A DNA stretch of 64,000 bases from an uncultured bacterium (GCA_964387845.1 CAYLXA010000008.1:1-64000), one strand, 5' to 3'. Shown: positions 36,313 through 45,883, numbered from the stretch's first letter. Notes: a model not told the origin generated them from the letters alone. Numbers and translations: made by a program.

Positions 36313-38190
36313 GTGAATACTATGAAAGTAAATACTGCCGTAGCGTGGTTAACTTTGTATCTAGGAAATACCAAACTTGTAAAAAATAGTCGTTGCCTAG
36401 TGATTGCACTTGCATTGATGGGTTTTCCACCGCTGTTATTTGCAGAAACTCCAACTTTTGATTGGCTCCGAACCGTTCAAAATTTACAGGATGCACATAC
36501 TTCAACTGCTCATAAAGTCGCAGTTGACTCTGAGGGGAATGTTATCGTGATCGGACACTTCCATGGAACGATGAATTTCAATCCCGGACAAAATCCGCCT
36601 GTTTTGTTAACTTCCACCAATAGCTTCTATAATATTTTTATAACCAAGTACCGGCAAAACGGAGACCATGTTTGGACAAAAGCGATAGGTGGAGATTATT
36701 CTACTCTCTCTTTCTCGTCTTTTTTGGGGGTTGATCCCTACAGTCATCTTGTCATCGATCAAGACAATAACATTATTATTGCAGGCTACTTTGTAGGTTC
36801 GTCCGATTTCGATCCTTCTGAAGACACTGACATTCATGAGTCTAAGGGAGGGCGTGATATTTTTATTACAAAACTTTCGAATGATGGCTCCTATCAATAT
36901 ACTGTTACGATGGGCGGCGAAAGAGACGACATCCCTCTTGACCTTGCTCTTGACGCAACAGGTAGTTTGGTGCTCACCGGATTTTTTACTTCACCAGCTG
37001 TCGATTTTGATCCTACTTATGAAGGAACCGATACTCATCTGCTTCAAAGCAGTGTGGGCGGTTTTATAACGAAACTTGGCAACAATGGATCGTATGAATG
37101 GACACATACCTTTGACGGGTTCCCGAACGGTTTGATGGCGGGGAAAAGTGTGGCGATTAATCGTTCGAGAGAAATTTATGCTATGGGCATATTCCAAGGT
37201 CAGGTTGATTTTGATCCTACTGAAAACGAAGATATCCGCACCTCTAACGGCGAGCGGGATATTTACCTGACCAAATTTTCACCCAATGGAGCTTATATTT
37301 CCACGTTGATTTTTGGTGGCTCTCTGCGAGAACGGCCGACGGCAGTTCGAATCGATTCCCAGGATAACCTATATTTAACAGGCTCTTTTAATGACCGTGT
37401 TGATTTTGATCCAACAGCGGGCGAAGATTTTCACGAAGCCGTGAATATATGCGCTCCCAACGTCTGCGGTGATATTTTCATAACGAAAGTCACGGCTGAT
37501 CATTCTTACCAATGGACTAAAACCATAGGAGCGCCGGTATTGAATCGTCCTTACTATATGCACTTGGATTCAGAGGGCAATGTTTATTTGACCGGTAGTT
37601 TTGGTGGGACAATTGATTTTGATCCAACCAACGGAACTGATTTTCACACCGCTATCGCCTCTACGGACATTTATGCAGTCAAAATTTATACAGACGGAAG
37701 TTATGGATGGGCAGTCAATATGGGGTATGATTCAGGCCCGTTTGGCAGCGCTCCCACGAATCATCATCTAGGATCCGGTTTGGCAACGGACAGAGATCAA
37801 AATGCAATCTTGGTTGGCTTTTTCCGTTATCAGGTTGATTTTGACCCTGGCCCAGGAATTGTTTGGGGTTTAACTCGCACTTATTTTGAATCTGCTTTTA
37901 TTCTTCAGTTAAGACCACGATATTCCTTGAATATTAATGTGGTCGGAAGAGGAGCAGTTGTCAGACAGCCCGATCTCTCAACTTATGGAAGAGGAGAAGC
38001 AGTGTTGTTAAGAGCGGTTCGGGAAAATGCAAGATGGGATTTTGAGCGTTGGAGTGGAGATTTAATGGGGGCTCGGAATCCGGTGATTATTGGCTTCAAT
38101 CGAGATACTCAAATCACCGCTTGGTTTACTGCTAGAGGACCTGAGCCGCTTGCGATAGATTTTGTACCAAATGATGATAAAAATCAGTGA
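36313..38190 (+). CDS. Secreted SBBP beta-propeller-repeat protein with a C-terminal InlB-B-repeat-like domain
   Basis: GTG start aligned with the gene-1 ATG. At least six about 45-aa repeats ending ...DFDPT..G.D.....G..DIFITKL..DGSY.WT...GG. C-terminal G.G.V....YG.G..V.L.A....FERWSGDL. Confidence 0.7.
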   Translation: MNTMKVNTAVAWLTLYLGNTKLVKNSRCLVIALALMGFPPLLFAETPTFDWLRTVQNLQDAHTSTAHKVAVDSEGNVIVIGHFHGTMNFNPGQNPPVLLTSTNSFYNIFITKYRQNGDHVWTKAIGGDYSTLSFSSFLGVDPYSHLVIDQDNNIIIAGYFVGSSDFDPSEDTDIHESKGGRDIFITKLSNDGSYQYTVTMGGERDDIPLDLALDATGSLVLTGFFTSPAVDFDPTYEGTDTHLLQSSVGGFITKLGNNGSYEWTHTFDGFPNGLMAGKSVAINRSREIYAMGIFQGQVDFDPTENEDIRTSNGERDIYLTKFSPNGAYISTLIFGGSLRERPTAVRIDSQDNLYLTGSFNDRVDFDPTAGEDFHEAVNICAPNVCGDIFITKVTADHSYQWTKTIGAPVLNRPYYMHLDSEGNVYLTGSFGGTIDFDPTNGTDFHTAIASTDIYAVKIYTDGSYGWAVNMGYDSGPFGSAPTNHHLGSGLATDRDQNAILVGFFRYQVDFDPGPGIVWGLTRTYFESAFILQLRPRYSLNINVVGRGAVVRQPDLSTYGRGEAVLLRAVRENARWDFERWSGDLMGARNPVIIGFNRDTQITAWFTARGPEPLAIDFVPNDDKNQ

Positions 38191-38193
38191 GTA

Positions 38194-38245
38194 ATTGGGG
38201 TCAGTTCTTGAAAATTGAACGGCATTCAAAATTCAAGAATCGACC
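38194..38245 (+). terminator. Long hairpin (about 21-bp stem) after the SBBP gene; terminator-like, no U-tract
   Basis: GGGGTCAGTTCTTGAAAATTGAA-cggcat-TCAAAATTCAAGAATCGACC. A paralogous hairpin is at 39788-39840. Confidence 0.4.
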
Positions 38246-38303
38246 TGAATAATCCGGCAAAATAAAAACAATTGCGGCAGCGGGAAAATAGGAGGAATAA
38301 AAA

Positions 38304-39770
38304 ATGAAAACGATAAAAACGATATTAATGTTAATGATAGCAACTTTTTCAATAGCAGGAGCGGCATTTGCAGACGGTTCAATTTCACCGTCGCCGGGTC
38401 TGACCGCGGCGTATGTGAATATTCCGCGTTCAAGCTGGCTGTTTGCATATTCTTCACCAAACGACGGAGCACAAGCACAACTTGTTGGAGACATTGTCCG
38501 CGTGACCCCGCCGGGCGGTAATTTTATTTATTCCATTAGCGGCGGATGGACGTTCGATAATCCGGATACTCCGGAAGTGGAAACGTACGACATGAGTTAC
38601 CTTACGTCACTCGTAGTCGGTCTTAAAGGTGGAATTTATACCACCTATGGGCCGGTTTTGGGGATGAGTTTGGAAGATAGCAGTGGAGCGTCTTCGGGCG
38701 TTTCATTGTTGTCTGTGAGCGACTCAACGGAGCAATATTGGTCGGTTCCAACAACCAATTTTTCCGCTGTTGACCTAACACGTGTCAAAAAAGTGACTTT
38801 TGGCGTTGGCTACACCTATAACGCTTCGGGAACAAATTTTGACATTCGCACTGTCCCGCCATCCTCAAATCCTTGTTTGATCAAAGTCCATGCAGGCGAG
38901 TCCATCCAAGCGGCTATTAATCAAGCCTCTGGCGATGGCTGCATGATTTGGGTTAGCGAAGGTACTTACGCAGAAAATATCACGATTGGGCAAGGCCGCA
39001 CTGACCTGAAAAATCTGACCATTTCCGGTGCCGGCATGGAAAAAACGGTGATTCAAGGCAGCGTAGTTGTTGATTTTACAGATCAAGATGGAAATCAAGT
39101 AGACGGTGGCGTGACCAGCATTCAGGATTTGAAAATCACGAACGCGAATTGGGGCGTGACGGTTGTGAATCAGAATGTAGTACTTGATCGCTTAAGATTG
39201 ACAGGGAATCAAGAGGGGGTTGTTGTCACGAGCGTTCGGGGCAATGTTGTTGTAGAAGGAAGCCCTAACGTGACAATTCAGCGCTCAGTAATCGATCATA
39301 ATACAGGCATCGGCGCTACGTTTTATCACGCCAACGAATTGAAGGCGTTTTTGGTCAATAACACCATTGTTGATAATAGTTTTGTGGGCGTGTTTGCACA
39401 ATTACCAGGACCGCAAACCCATCATCTAACTTTAATCAACAATATCATTTCGAGAAACTTCATCGGAATGGAAAATCATTCCGCGCCGAACGCCATAGTC
39501 AAGACTTTGTATGAATACAATGATAACTATGGAAATACCGCTGTTGATATACAAGGTGTTTTTAATTTTGTAGGAGATCAAAGCACCAATTTAAACGTTG
39601 ATCCGTTGTTTGTAAATCCAGCAGCCGGAAATTATCACTTACGGAGAGCATCGCCTATGATCAATGCGGGTGACCCGGTTTCACCTCGCGATCCGGATGG
39701 AAGCCGTTCGGATATCGGTGCGCTTCCGTTTTTTGGGAGGGTGATGAGTGTTGGATCAATCGAAGTTTAG
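38304..39770 (+). CDS. Secreted right-handed parallel beta-helix (PbH1/pectate-lyase-fold) protein
   Basis: Signal peptide MKTIKTILMLMIATFSIAGAAFA. Beta-helix rungs (NNTIVDNSFVGVFAQ, TLINNIISRNFIGMEN). C-terminal DPLFVNPAAGNYHLRRASPMINAGDP is typical of this family. RBS context GGAGGAATAAAAA. Confidence 0.7.
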   Translation: MKTIKTILMLMIATFSIAGAAFADGSISPSPGLTAAYVNIPRSSWLFAYSSPNDGAQAQLVGDIVRVTPPGGNFIYSISGGWTFDNPDTPEVETYDMSYLTSLVVGLKGGIYTTYGPVLGMSLEDSSGASSGVSLLSVSDSTEQYWSVPTTNFSAVDLTRVKKVTFGVGYTYNASGTNFDIRTVPPSSNPCLIKVHAGESIQAAINQASGDGCMIWVSEGTYAENITIGQGRTDLKNLTISGAGMEKTVIQGSVVVDFTDQDGNQVDGGVTSIQDLKITNANWGVTVVNQNVVLDRLRLTGNQEGVVVTSVRGNVVVEGSPNVTIQRSVIDHNTGIGATFYHANELKAFLVNNTIVDNSFVGVFAQLPGPQTHHLTLINNIISRNFIGMENHSAPNAIVKTLYEYNDNYGNTAVDIQGVFNFVGDQSTNLNVDPLFVNPAAGNYHLRRASPMINAGDPVSPRDPDGSRSDIGALPFFGRVMSVGSIEV

Positions 39771-39787
39771 AGCGCGTTAATGAATCA

Positions 39788-39840
39788 TTGGGGTCAGTTC
39801 TTGAATTTTGAAGACCGTTCAATTTTCAAGAACCGACCCC
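39788..39840 (+). terminator. Paralogous long hairpin after the beta-helix gene
   Basis: GGGGTCAGTTCTTGAATTTTGAA-gaccgt-TCAATTTTCAAGAACCGACCCC. The internal A/T block is swapped between arms relative to the copy at 38194. Confidence 0.4.
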
Positions 39841-39876
39841 AGTAACATTTAGAAGAAAGGTTAAAGGATATTGATT

Positions 39877-41457
39877 ATGCAAAGCAGTAAGCAGAAAAAA
39901 GATTTGGCTGTCAAAATAACAAGTTGGTTTATGGTTTTTTCAATTTTGCTTTTTGATCCGGCGAGCTCCTTGGCGATCGAGAGAATGTTCAATGTGTCGC
40001 ATGCGTCACTTTCAGTGGTGGAATGGGCTAGCGTCATCAGAGGATTCTCCGAAGGATCACGAGAACAAGTTTGGAGTGTGGCGGTTGATTCTAACGATGA
40101 TATCGTGGCAGCCGGACAATTTGATTCTCTCGTTGATTTTAATCCGGGGCCCGGATATGACGAACGAGATGGAAACAATACGCCTTTTCTGACCAAACTT
40201 CATTCTGATAGGTCATATGGATGGACCAAAACATTTGAAGGAACCGGCATCATCTCCAAGATTTTTATTGATCATGAGAATCACATTATCGGTGTCGGGA
40301 GTTTTTCCGGAACATTTGATTTTGATCCGGATGTCAGGGAATATCTAATGACTTCAAACGGAGGGGTTTCTAACGACAATTTTATCGTCAAATTTTTTCC
40401 GGATGGATCTTTGGAGTGGGTGCGCACATTCGGCAGTCCGCTGGGACTGGAAAGTGTCCGAGATCTTTTTGTAGATGATGAAGGAAATATTTATGTATCG
40501 GGCTGGTTTACTTCGTCGCCGGAAAACCCGATTGATTTTGATCCCAGTGACGGCGTTGATATTCATTTTTCAAACGGTTTGTATGACGGATATGTCATGA
40601 AATTAAAGCCGGACGGTTCTTACGACTGGACAAAAACCGTTGGCGGCACCGGTTTGGATTGGATCGAAGCCGTAACGGTTGATTATGATCAAAATGTTTA
40701 TTACACGGGAACTTTTAATGGAACGGTTGATTTTGACCCGTCGCCCAGCGGAGTTTATTTGCTCGCATCACATGAGCAAACCGATGTGTTTGTCAGCAAG
40801 TTGGATAAAGAAGGGAATTTTGAATTCACCTATTCCATTGGCGGTAATGAGATAGAAGAAGTGACCGATATCGCAACCGGAATCGATGGAGATTTATTTA
40901 TTTTGGGCGCCTTTTCATCTCTTCAAATAGATTTTAACCCGCATTTTGAAGGAAGTGATTACTTAGAGCCGAAAGGCAATTATGATCTTTTCCTTACGAA
41001 AATGAAGTTTGACGGATCCTACGCTTGGACAAAAGTGCTGAGCGGAGAATCGGATGATCGAGGCGCGAATCAGTTGACGGTAGACCCAGACGGAAATGTT
41101 ATTATCGCGGGCGGGTTTTGGAAATTAATAGATTTTGATCCTTCGGGCAACGGCGTTTATCGAGACGCGGGAACTACCCATGATATTTATGCGGTTCAAA
41201 TCAGCCCGGAAGGTGTTTACCAGCGGCTGATCGTATTTCCTACCAACGGAAGTTATCCGGGCCGGAGTATCACAAGCGCCGCGACTTGTGCTGCGCTGGA
41301 TTCCAGGGGGGCTCTTGTGTTGGGGGGTTATTTTATATTTCCGGTGGTGCTAGGCGGCATTCTTTATTTGCCGAGCGGGTATGAGGGGTTTGTTTTAAAA
41401 TTAGATCCTTCTTGGGCAGGGCTAAGTGCCGGCCATTCAACCAGTGATCGCGGTTAA
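39877..41457 (+). CDS. Secreted SBBP beta-propeller-repeat protein, second paralogue
   Basis: Repeats ...VDFNPGPGYDERDG, FDFDPDVREYLMTSNGG.NDNFIVKF.PDGSLEW, IDFDPSDGVDIHFSNGLYDGYVMKLKPDGSYDWTKTVGG, and others. ATG at 39877; the track starts at TTG 39871. Confidence 0.7.
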   Translation: MQSSKQKKDLAVKITSWFMVFSILLFDPASSLAIERMFNVSHASLSVVEWASVIRGFSEGSREQVWSVAVDSNDDIVAAGQFDSLVDFNPGPGYDERDGNNTPFLTKLHSDRSYGWTKTFEGTGIISKIFIDHENHIIGVGSFSGTFDFDPDVREYLMTSNGGVSNDNFIVKFFPDGSLEWVRTFGSPLGLESVRDLFVDDEGNIYVSGWFTSSPENPIDFDPSDGVDIHFSNGLYDGYVMKLKPDGSYDWTKTVGGTGLDWIEAVTVDYDQNVYYTGTFNGTVDFDPSPSGVYLLASHEQTDVFVSKLDKEGNFEFTYSIGGNEIEEVTDIATGIDGDLFILGAFSSLQIDFNPHFEGSDYLEPKGNYDLFLTKMKFDGSYAWTKVLSGESDDRGANQLTVDPDGNVIIAGGFWKLIDFDPSGNGVYRDAGTTHDIYAVQISPEGVYQRLIVFPTNGSYPGRSITSAATCAALDSRGALVLGGYFIFPVVLGGILYLPSGYEGFVLKLDPSWAGLSAGHSTSDRG

Positions 41458-41470
41458 GCGACTTAAATTC

Positions 41471-41512
41471 AGGGCAGTCCCAATTATCATTAAAACATTT
41501 GGGGCTGCCCCT
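41471..41512 (+). terminator. Hairpin GGGCAGtCCC-N19-GGGgCTGCCC after the secreted-protein array
   Basis: Seen in the sequence. Followed by a T-rich stretch. Confidence 0.35.
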
Positions 41513-41573
41513 GTTTCCCGCCTTCCTTCATTTTTTGTACCTTCCTGCCGTATTAATTGGTAAAATTACCGTC

Positions 41574-42626
41574 ATGACTAGAGACCAATTTATCTCAATA
41601 TTCTTCATCGCACTGCTCGTATTTGTCGTGTATCAGATTTTCCACATTTTCGCGCCGTTTGTTCGCGCGATTTTCTGGGCATCCATTTTGGTTTTTGCTT
41701 GCTATCCGCTTTACACCAAATTGCTGAAAGCAGTCAAAAACAAGCCGATTATTGCGTCTGTATTGATGACATTGGCGCTTTTCCTCATCATTGTTCCGAC
41801 CACTATTTTGATTGCTTACAATATTTCCGGGCAGGCGATCGAGCTTTATCAATCGGCCTCTGATTATGTGCGCGAAGGCCGTTTAAACGAATTGGTGGAG
41901 CAAGTCAAAACGAACACCGTTTTTCAGAGGTTGACACTCGGCGTTTTTCAATTCGAACCGATTGAAAAAAGCCTGAGCGAGTGGTTTTTGGATGCCGCAA
42001 GGTCAGTTGGAAATTATGCCCTGCTGCAGGGAAGCGTTGTTACAAGAAACATTTTTCTGGTTATTTTGAATGTCTTGCTGACATTCGTGCTTGCGTTTGT
42101 GCTTTTTAAAGACGGCGAAAAGGTTTATGAGTTTATTTATCAAATCGCGCCGCTTGAAAAATCCAGTAAAAAAAGCATCTTTGGGCAAATTAATGAAACA
42201 TTCGCTGCCGTGATTCGAGGCCAGCTGCTGACCGCGATTGTACAGGCTTCGATTGCCGGCGTTATTTTTTGGATTCTTGGGATCCGGCTGCCGCTTTTTT
42301 TCGCTGCGCTCACGTTTTTTACTTCTATGATTCCGATTCTGGGCGCATCGGCCGTTTGGCTGCCGCTTGCGGCCTATTTGGTGATTCAAGGCGAGAACAT
42401 GAGGGCCGGGATTTTGTTTGTCTTCGGCGTCGGCGTTATCAGTATTATCGATAATATTATGAAACCGGCGTTGATCGGCGAAAAGACAAAACTTCCGTAT
42501 TTTCTTCTGTTTTTCGGAATCTTAGGCGGCATCAAAGTTTACGGCCTCGTCGGTATTTTTATCGCTCCCGTGGTTTTGTCATTATTCTTCGCATTGGTTA
42601 AGATTTACGAAGAAAAATATTTATAA
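41574..42626 (+). CDS. AI-2E family transporter (UPF0118/PerM-like)
   Basis: Eight TM helices. The C-terminal region ...IPILGASAVWLPLAAYLV...DNIMKPALIGEKTKLPYF is typical of the AI-2E family. ATG at 41574 inside the track ORF 41499... Confidence 0.7.
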   Translation: MTRDQFISIFFIALLVFVVYQIFHIFAPFVRAIFWASILVFACYPLYTKLLKAVKNKPIIASVLMTLALFLIIVPTTILIAYNISGQAIELYQSASDYVREGRLNELVEQVKTNTVFQRLTLGVFQFEPIEKSLSEWFLDAARSVGNYALLQGSVVTRNIFLVILNVLLTFVLAFVLFKDGEKVYEFIYQIAPLEKSSKKSIFGQINETFAAVIRGQLLTAIVQASIAGVIFWILGIRLPLFFAALTFFTSMIPILGASAVWLPLAAYLVIQGENMRAGILFVFGVGVISIIDNIMKPALIGEKTKLPYFLLFFGILGGIKVYGLVGIFIAPVVLSLFFALVKIYEEKYL

Positions 42627-42641
42627 CCTAGACTTTCCCCA

Positions 42642-43037
42642 ATGAATTGTCCTGCTTGTAAAGACCCGATGATTGCCATCGAACTTCAAAAAATAGAAGT
42701 CGACCATTGCGTTGCCTGCGGCGGCGTTTGGCTAGACTCGGGGGAACTCGAGCTTTTGCTGGGCGATTCCGAGAGCAAGAATCAATTATTCGAAACTTTT
42801 CGCTCAAGCGGTTTGCGTGAGAATACTAAAAAAAGTTGTCCGATTTGCTCCAAGAAAATGGAAGAAGTGCATTACAAAAAGGATGAAGACATTCTGCTTG
42901 ATTTGTGCCGCTTGAATCATGGCATCTGGTTCGATAAAGGAGAGCTTGAAAAAGTAATCCGGCTGAATGACCTTAACGGAAATTCAGAAGTGCTTAAGCT
43001 TTTGCAGGAAATATTTGCACATAGCGGTAAGCGATAA
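42642..43037 (+). CDS. Tandem zinc-ribbon protein (zf-TFIIB / PF13453-like, two CxxC...CxxC modules)
   Basis: MNCPACKDPMIAIELQKIEVDHCVACGGVWLDSGELE... and a second module CPICSKKMEEV...LCRLNHGIWFDKGELE. Confidence 0.6.
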   Translation: MNCPACKDPMIAIELQKIEVDHCVACGGVWLDSGELELLLGDSESKNQLFETFRSSGLRENTKKSCPICSKKMEEVHYKKDEDILLDLCRLNHGIWFDKGELEKVIRLNDLNGNSEVLKLLQEIFAHSGKR

Positions 43038-43110
43038 GCGTTAGGCGTTAAGTTATTCAATCAACTTAACGCTTACCCCTTAACACTTAACGCTGACAAA
43101 AGGAGGACTC

Positions 43111-43665
43111 ATGGAAGCTTTGTGGATTGTGCTCGGAGTTATCGTTGTGGTGGCCTTGTCCGTGATCGGAATTTTCAACGCGCTGATCGGAATGAAAAAT
43201 CAGGTGAAGAATGCCTGGTCGCAAATCGATGTGCAGCTCAAGCGCCGTTACGATTTGATTCCGAATTTGGTTGAGACCGCAAAAGGGTTTATGCAGCATG
43301 AGCGCCAAACGCTTGAAAATGTGACCAATGCCCGCGCACAGGCGATGGGCGCCGAAGGGGTTGCGGCAAAATCAAAGGCCGAAGGCGTTTTGAGCGGCGC
43401 AATCAGCAAGTTTCTGCTGACAGTCGAGAATTATCCGCAGCTGAAGGCGAACCAGAATTTTCTTTCGCTTCAGGAAGAATTGACATCAACGGAGAATAAA
43501 ATCGCATTTGCCCGGCAAAATTACAACGACCAAGTGCTCTTCTATAATAATAAAATCCAAATGTTCCCCTCCAATTTGGTCGCGGGGTTTTTTAATTTTA
43601 AAGCTGAGCAATCTTTTGAAATTGGCGATCAAGCTCAAAAGAGCGCTCCAGCAGTTAAGTTCTAA
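43111..43665 (+). CDS. lemA: LemA family protein
   Basis: N-terminal TM. LKRRYDLIPNLVETAKGFMQHERQTLENVTNAR...ENYPQLKANQNF is diagnostic of LemA. AGGAGG SD. Confidence 0.85.
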   Translation: MEALWIVLGVIVVVALSVIGIFNALIGMKNQVKNAWSQIDVQLKRRYDLIPNLVETAKGFMQHERQTLENVTNARAQAMGAEGVAAKSKAEGVLSGAISKFLLTVENYPQLKANQNFLSLQEELTSTENKIAFARQNYNDQVLFYNNKIQMFPSNLVAGFFNFKAEQSFEIGDQAQKSAPAVKF

Positions 43666-43758
43666 GGGGTAAGTGGTAAGTGATAAGCGATGGGGTTAAT
43701 TTTCAAAAGTAGTTTTTATACTTACCACTTGGCCCTTACCACTTACAACTGAATAATC

Positions 43759-45192
43759 ATGTGGCAGCTTATCCAATCCAACCAGCGTAAATCGATTATT
43801 CTTGTCGTCGCGATGGCCGTGTGTTTGCTGCTCCTAGGCTATGTAATCGGCATGATGTTTGACCCTGCCCGCGGCGGCCTATATGGGCTTCTCGTCGCGT
43901 TTGTGGTCTGGCTCGTGATGAGTCTTGTGAGTTTCTATTCCGGTGATTCGATTTTACTTGCCGTCAGCGGTGCAAAAGAAGTGACGCCGGATATCCATCC
44001 GCAGCTTTTCAATGTGGTTGAGGAAATTAAAATTGCCGCCAATCTGCCGGTGATGCCGCGCATTTTTATCATGCCAGAGTCAGCGCCGAATGCGTTTGCA
44101 ACGGGCATTAAACCCGAGCGGAGCGCGATTGCTGTGACAACCGGCCTGCTGTCGAAACTTAACCGCGATGAGCTGCAGGGCGTTATTGCGCATGAAATTT
44201 CGCACATCATTAACCGCGACGTTTTGTATATGACGATGGCCGGCGTGATGCTCGGAAGCATTGCGCTCATTACGCAGGTGTTTACGCGCGGAATGTGGTA
44301 CACAGGCAGTGCTTCGAGGCGGTACCGTTCAGGCTCCATCCGAGGCGGCGGCCAAATTCAGGTCCTGATTTTTGTTTTGTCGATTATTTTCATCATTCTC
44401 GCGCCGATTTTAGCGCAGCTTTTGTATTTTTCGCTTTCCAGAAAACGGGAATATCTGGCGGATGCTTCAGGCGTCCGCCTGACGCGCTACCCGGAAGGGC
44501 TTGCCTCTGCGCTCGAGAAAATCGCCGCGTCAGATTCTGAGATTTATGCGGCCAATGAAGTAACGGCTGCCATGTTTATCGAAAATCCGTTCACAAAAGA
44601 AAATCGTTTTACGAGCCTGCTGGGAACTCATCCGCCGATCCGGGAAAGAATCAAAATTTTGCGCCATATGTCGCAAGGCGCCAGTTTGGCCAACTATGAA
44701 ACCGCATTTCGCTCCGTAAAAGGAAATTCCGCGGCCGCGATTCCGGCGATGAGCCTTCAGGATGAAAAAGAAATATCGCTTCGAGCGGCGCATGCGGACG
44801 CAGGAAAGCCATTTGAAGAGCCGGAATCCAAAGAGTCCGTGCGCGATGCAACCGATTTGCTGCGTGCGGTCAGCGGATTTGCATTTTTAGCGTGTACTTG
44901 CGGCATTAAATTCAAAGTTCCCGCCGATTTTAACCGGCCTGAAATTATTTGTCCGCGCTGCAGCCGGATTACGGAAGTGCCGTTTGCCATTTTGGCCGGC
45001 GCTGCGATGGTGCATCAGGGAAGCGACGCATCCGGACAAAAAACAGCCGAAGAGCCGCAGGTTTACAAGCGGAAGGGCGAGGGCTGGGAATCGTTTTCCT
45101 GCCGCTGCACCAAGCTGCTTCAGCTTTCTCCGCAATTTCTAGCGCCGCAAATGACCTGCAGTGCCTGCGGCCGCACCACCTTGATTCAATAA
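43759..45192 (+). CDS. M48-family zinc metallopeptidase (HtpX-like) with C-terminal double zinc-ribbon
   Basis: HEISHIINRD HExxH, followed by a second membrane segment and a Glu ligand region. C-terminal Cys pairs CTCG...CPRCS and CRCT...CSACG. Typical LemA-M48 gene pair. Confidence 0.7.
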   Translation: MWQLIQSNQRKSIILVVAMAVCLLLLGYVIGMMFDPARGGLYGLLVAFVVWLVMSLVSFYSGDSILLAVSGAKEVTPDIHPQLFNVVEEIKIAANLPVMPRIFIMPESAPNAFATGIKPERSAIAVTTGLLSKLNRDELQGVIAHEISHIINRDVLYMTMAGVMLGSIALITQVFTRGMWYTGSASRRYRSGSIRGGGQIQVLIFVLSIIFIILAPILAQLLYFSLSRKREYLADASGVRLTRYPEGLASALEKIAASDSEIYAANEVTAAMFIENPFTKENRFTSLLGTHPPIRERIKILRHMSQGASLANYETAFRSVKGNSAAAIPAMSLQDEKEISLRAAHADAGKPFEEPESKESVRDATDLLRAVSGFAFLACTCGIKFKVPADFNRPEIICPRCSRITEVPFAILAGAAMVHQGSDASGQKTAEEPQVYKRKGEGWESFSCRCTKLLQLSPQFLAPQMTCSACGRTTLIQ

Positions 45193-45270
45193 GCCATTTT
45201 TCACTTTAAAAAATCAGAGAAGCGTGCGATAATTTTTCGTCTTTTTAATCTTGAATCAAGGAGATGAGCC

Positions 45271-45849
45271 ATGAAGAAATTATTAAACAGTGTTTTGATT
45301 TTATCCGCATTTTTGATTTCATTTTCGTCTGTTGCAGCGGCCGCGGCGTATGAAATTGACGAATCACATTCAAGCGTTGCTTTTAAAGTGAAGCATTTTG
45401 TATCGATCGTCAGAGGCAATTTCGAAAGTTTCAAAGGTACTGTCGAATTTGACGAAGCAAATCCGGCCGCATCTTCCACAAGCGTCAGCATTGATGCAAA
45501 AACCATCAACACAAGCAACGCAAAGCGCGATGAGCATTTGAGAAACCCCGACTTTTTTGAAGTCGAAAAATATCCGCAAATCACATTCACAAGTACAAAA
45601 GTTGAAGACGGAAAAATTACCGGAAATCTGACGATGCACGGCGTCACAAAAGAAGTGGTGCTGGATTACACATTCAATGGAACCGCGACCGATCCGTGGG
45701 GAGGCCAGCGCGCAGGTTTTTCGGCCACAACCGAAATCGACCGAAAAGATTTCGGCATTACCTTTAATAAGGTGCTCGACAACGGCGGCTTGATGCTCGG
45801 CGAAAAGGTCCAAATAGAGATCGAAATCGAAGCTGTGAAGAAATCGTAA
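45271..45849 (+). CDS. YceI-family periplasmic polyisoprenoid-binding protein
   Basis: Signal peptide. YEIDESHSSVAFKVKHFVSIVRGNFESFKGTVEF...HGVTKEV is typical of YceI. Confidence 0.8.
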   Translation: MKKLLNSVLILSAFLISFSSVAAAAAYEIDESHSSVAFKVKHFVSIVRGNFESFKGTVEFDEANPAASSTSVSIDAKTINTSNAKRDEHLRNPDFFEVEKYPQITFTSTKVEDGKITGNLTMHGVTKEVVLDYTFNGTATDPWGGQRAGFSATTEIDRKDFGITFNKVLDNGGLMLGEKVQIEIEIEAVKKS

Positions 45850-45883
45850 GATTCTTGCTATTTCAGCCGATATTTCTATCGGC

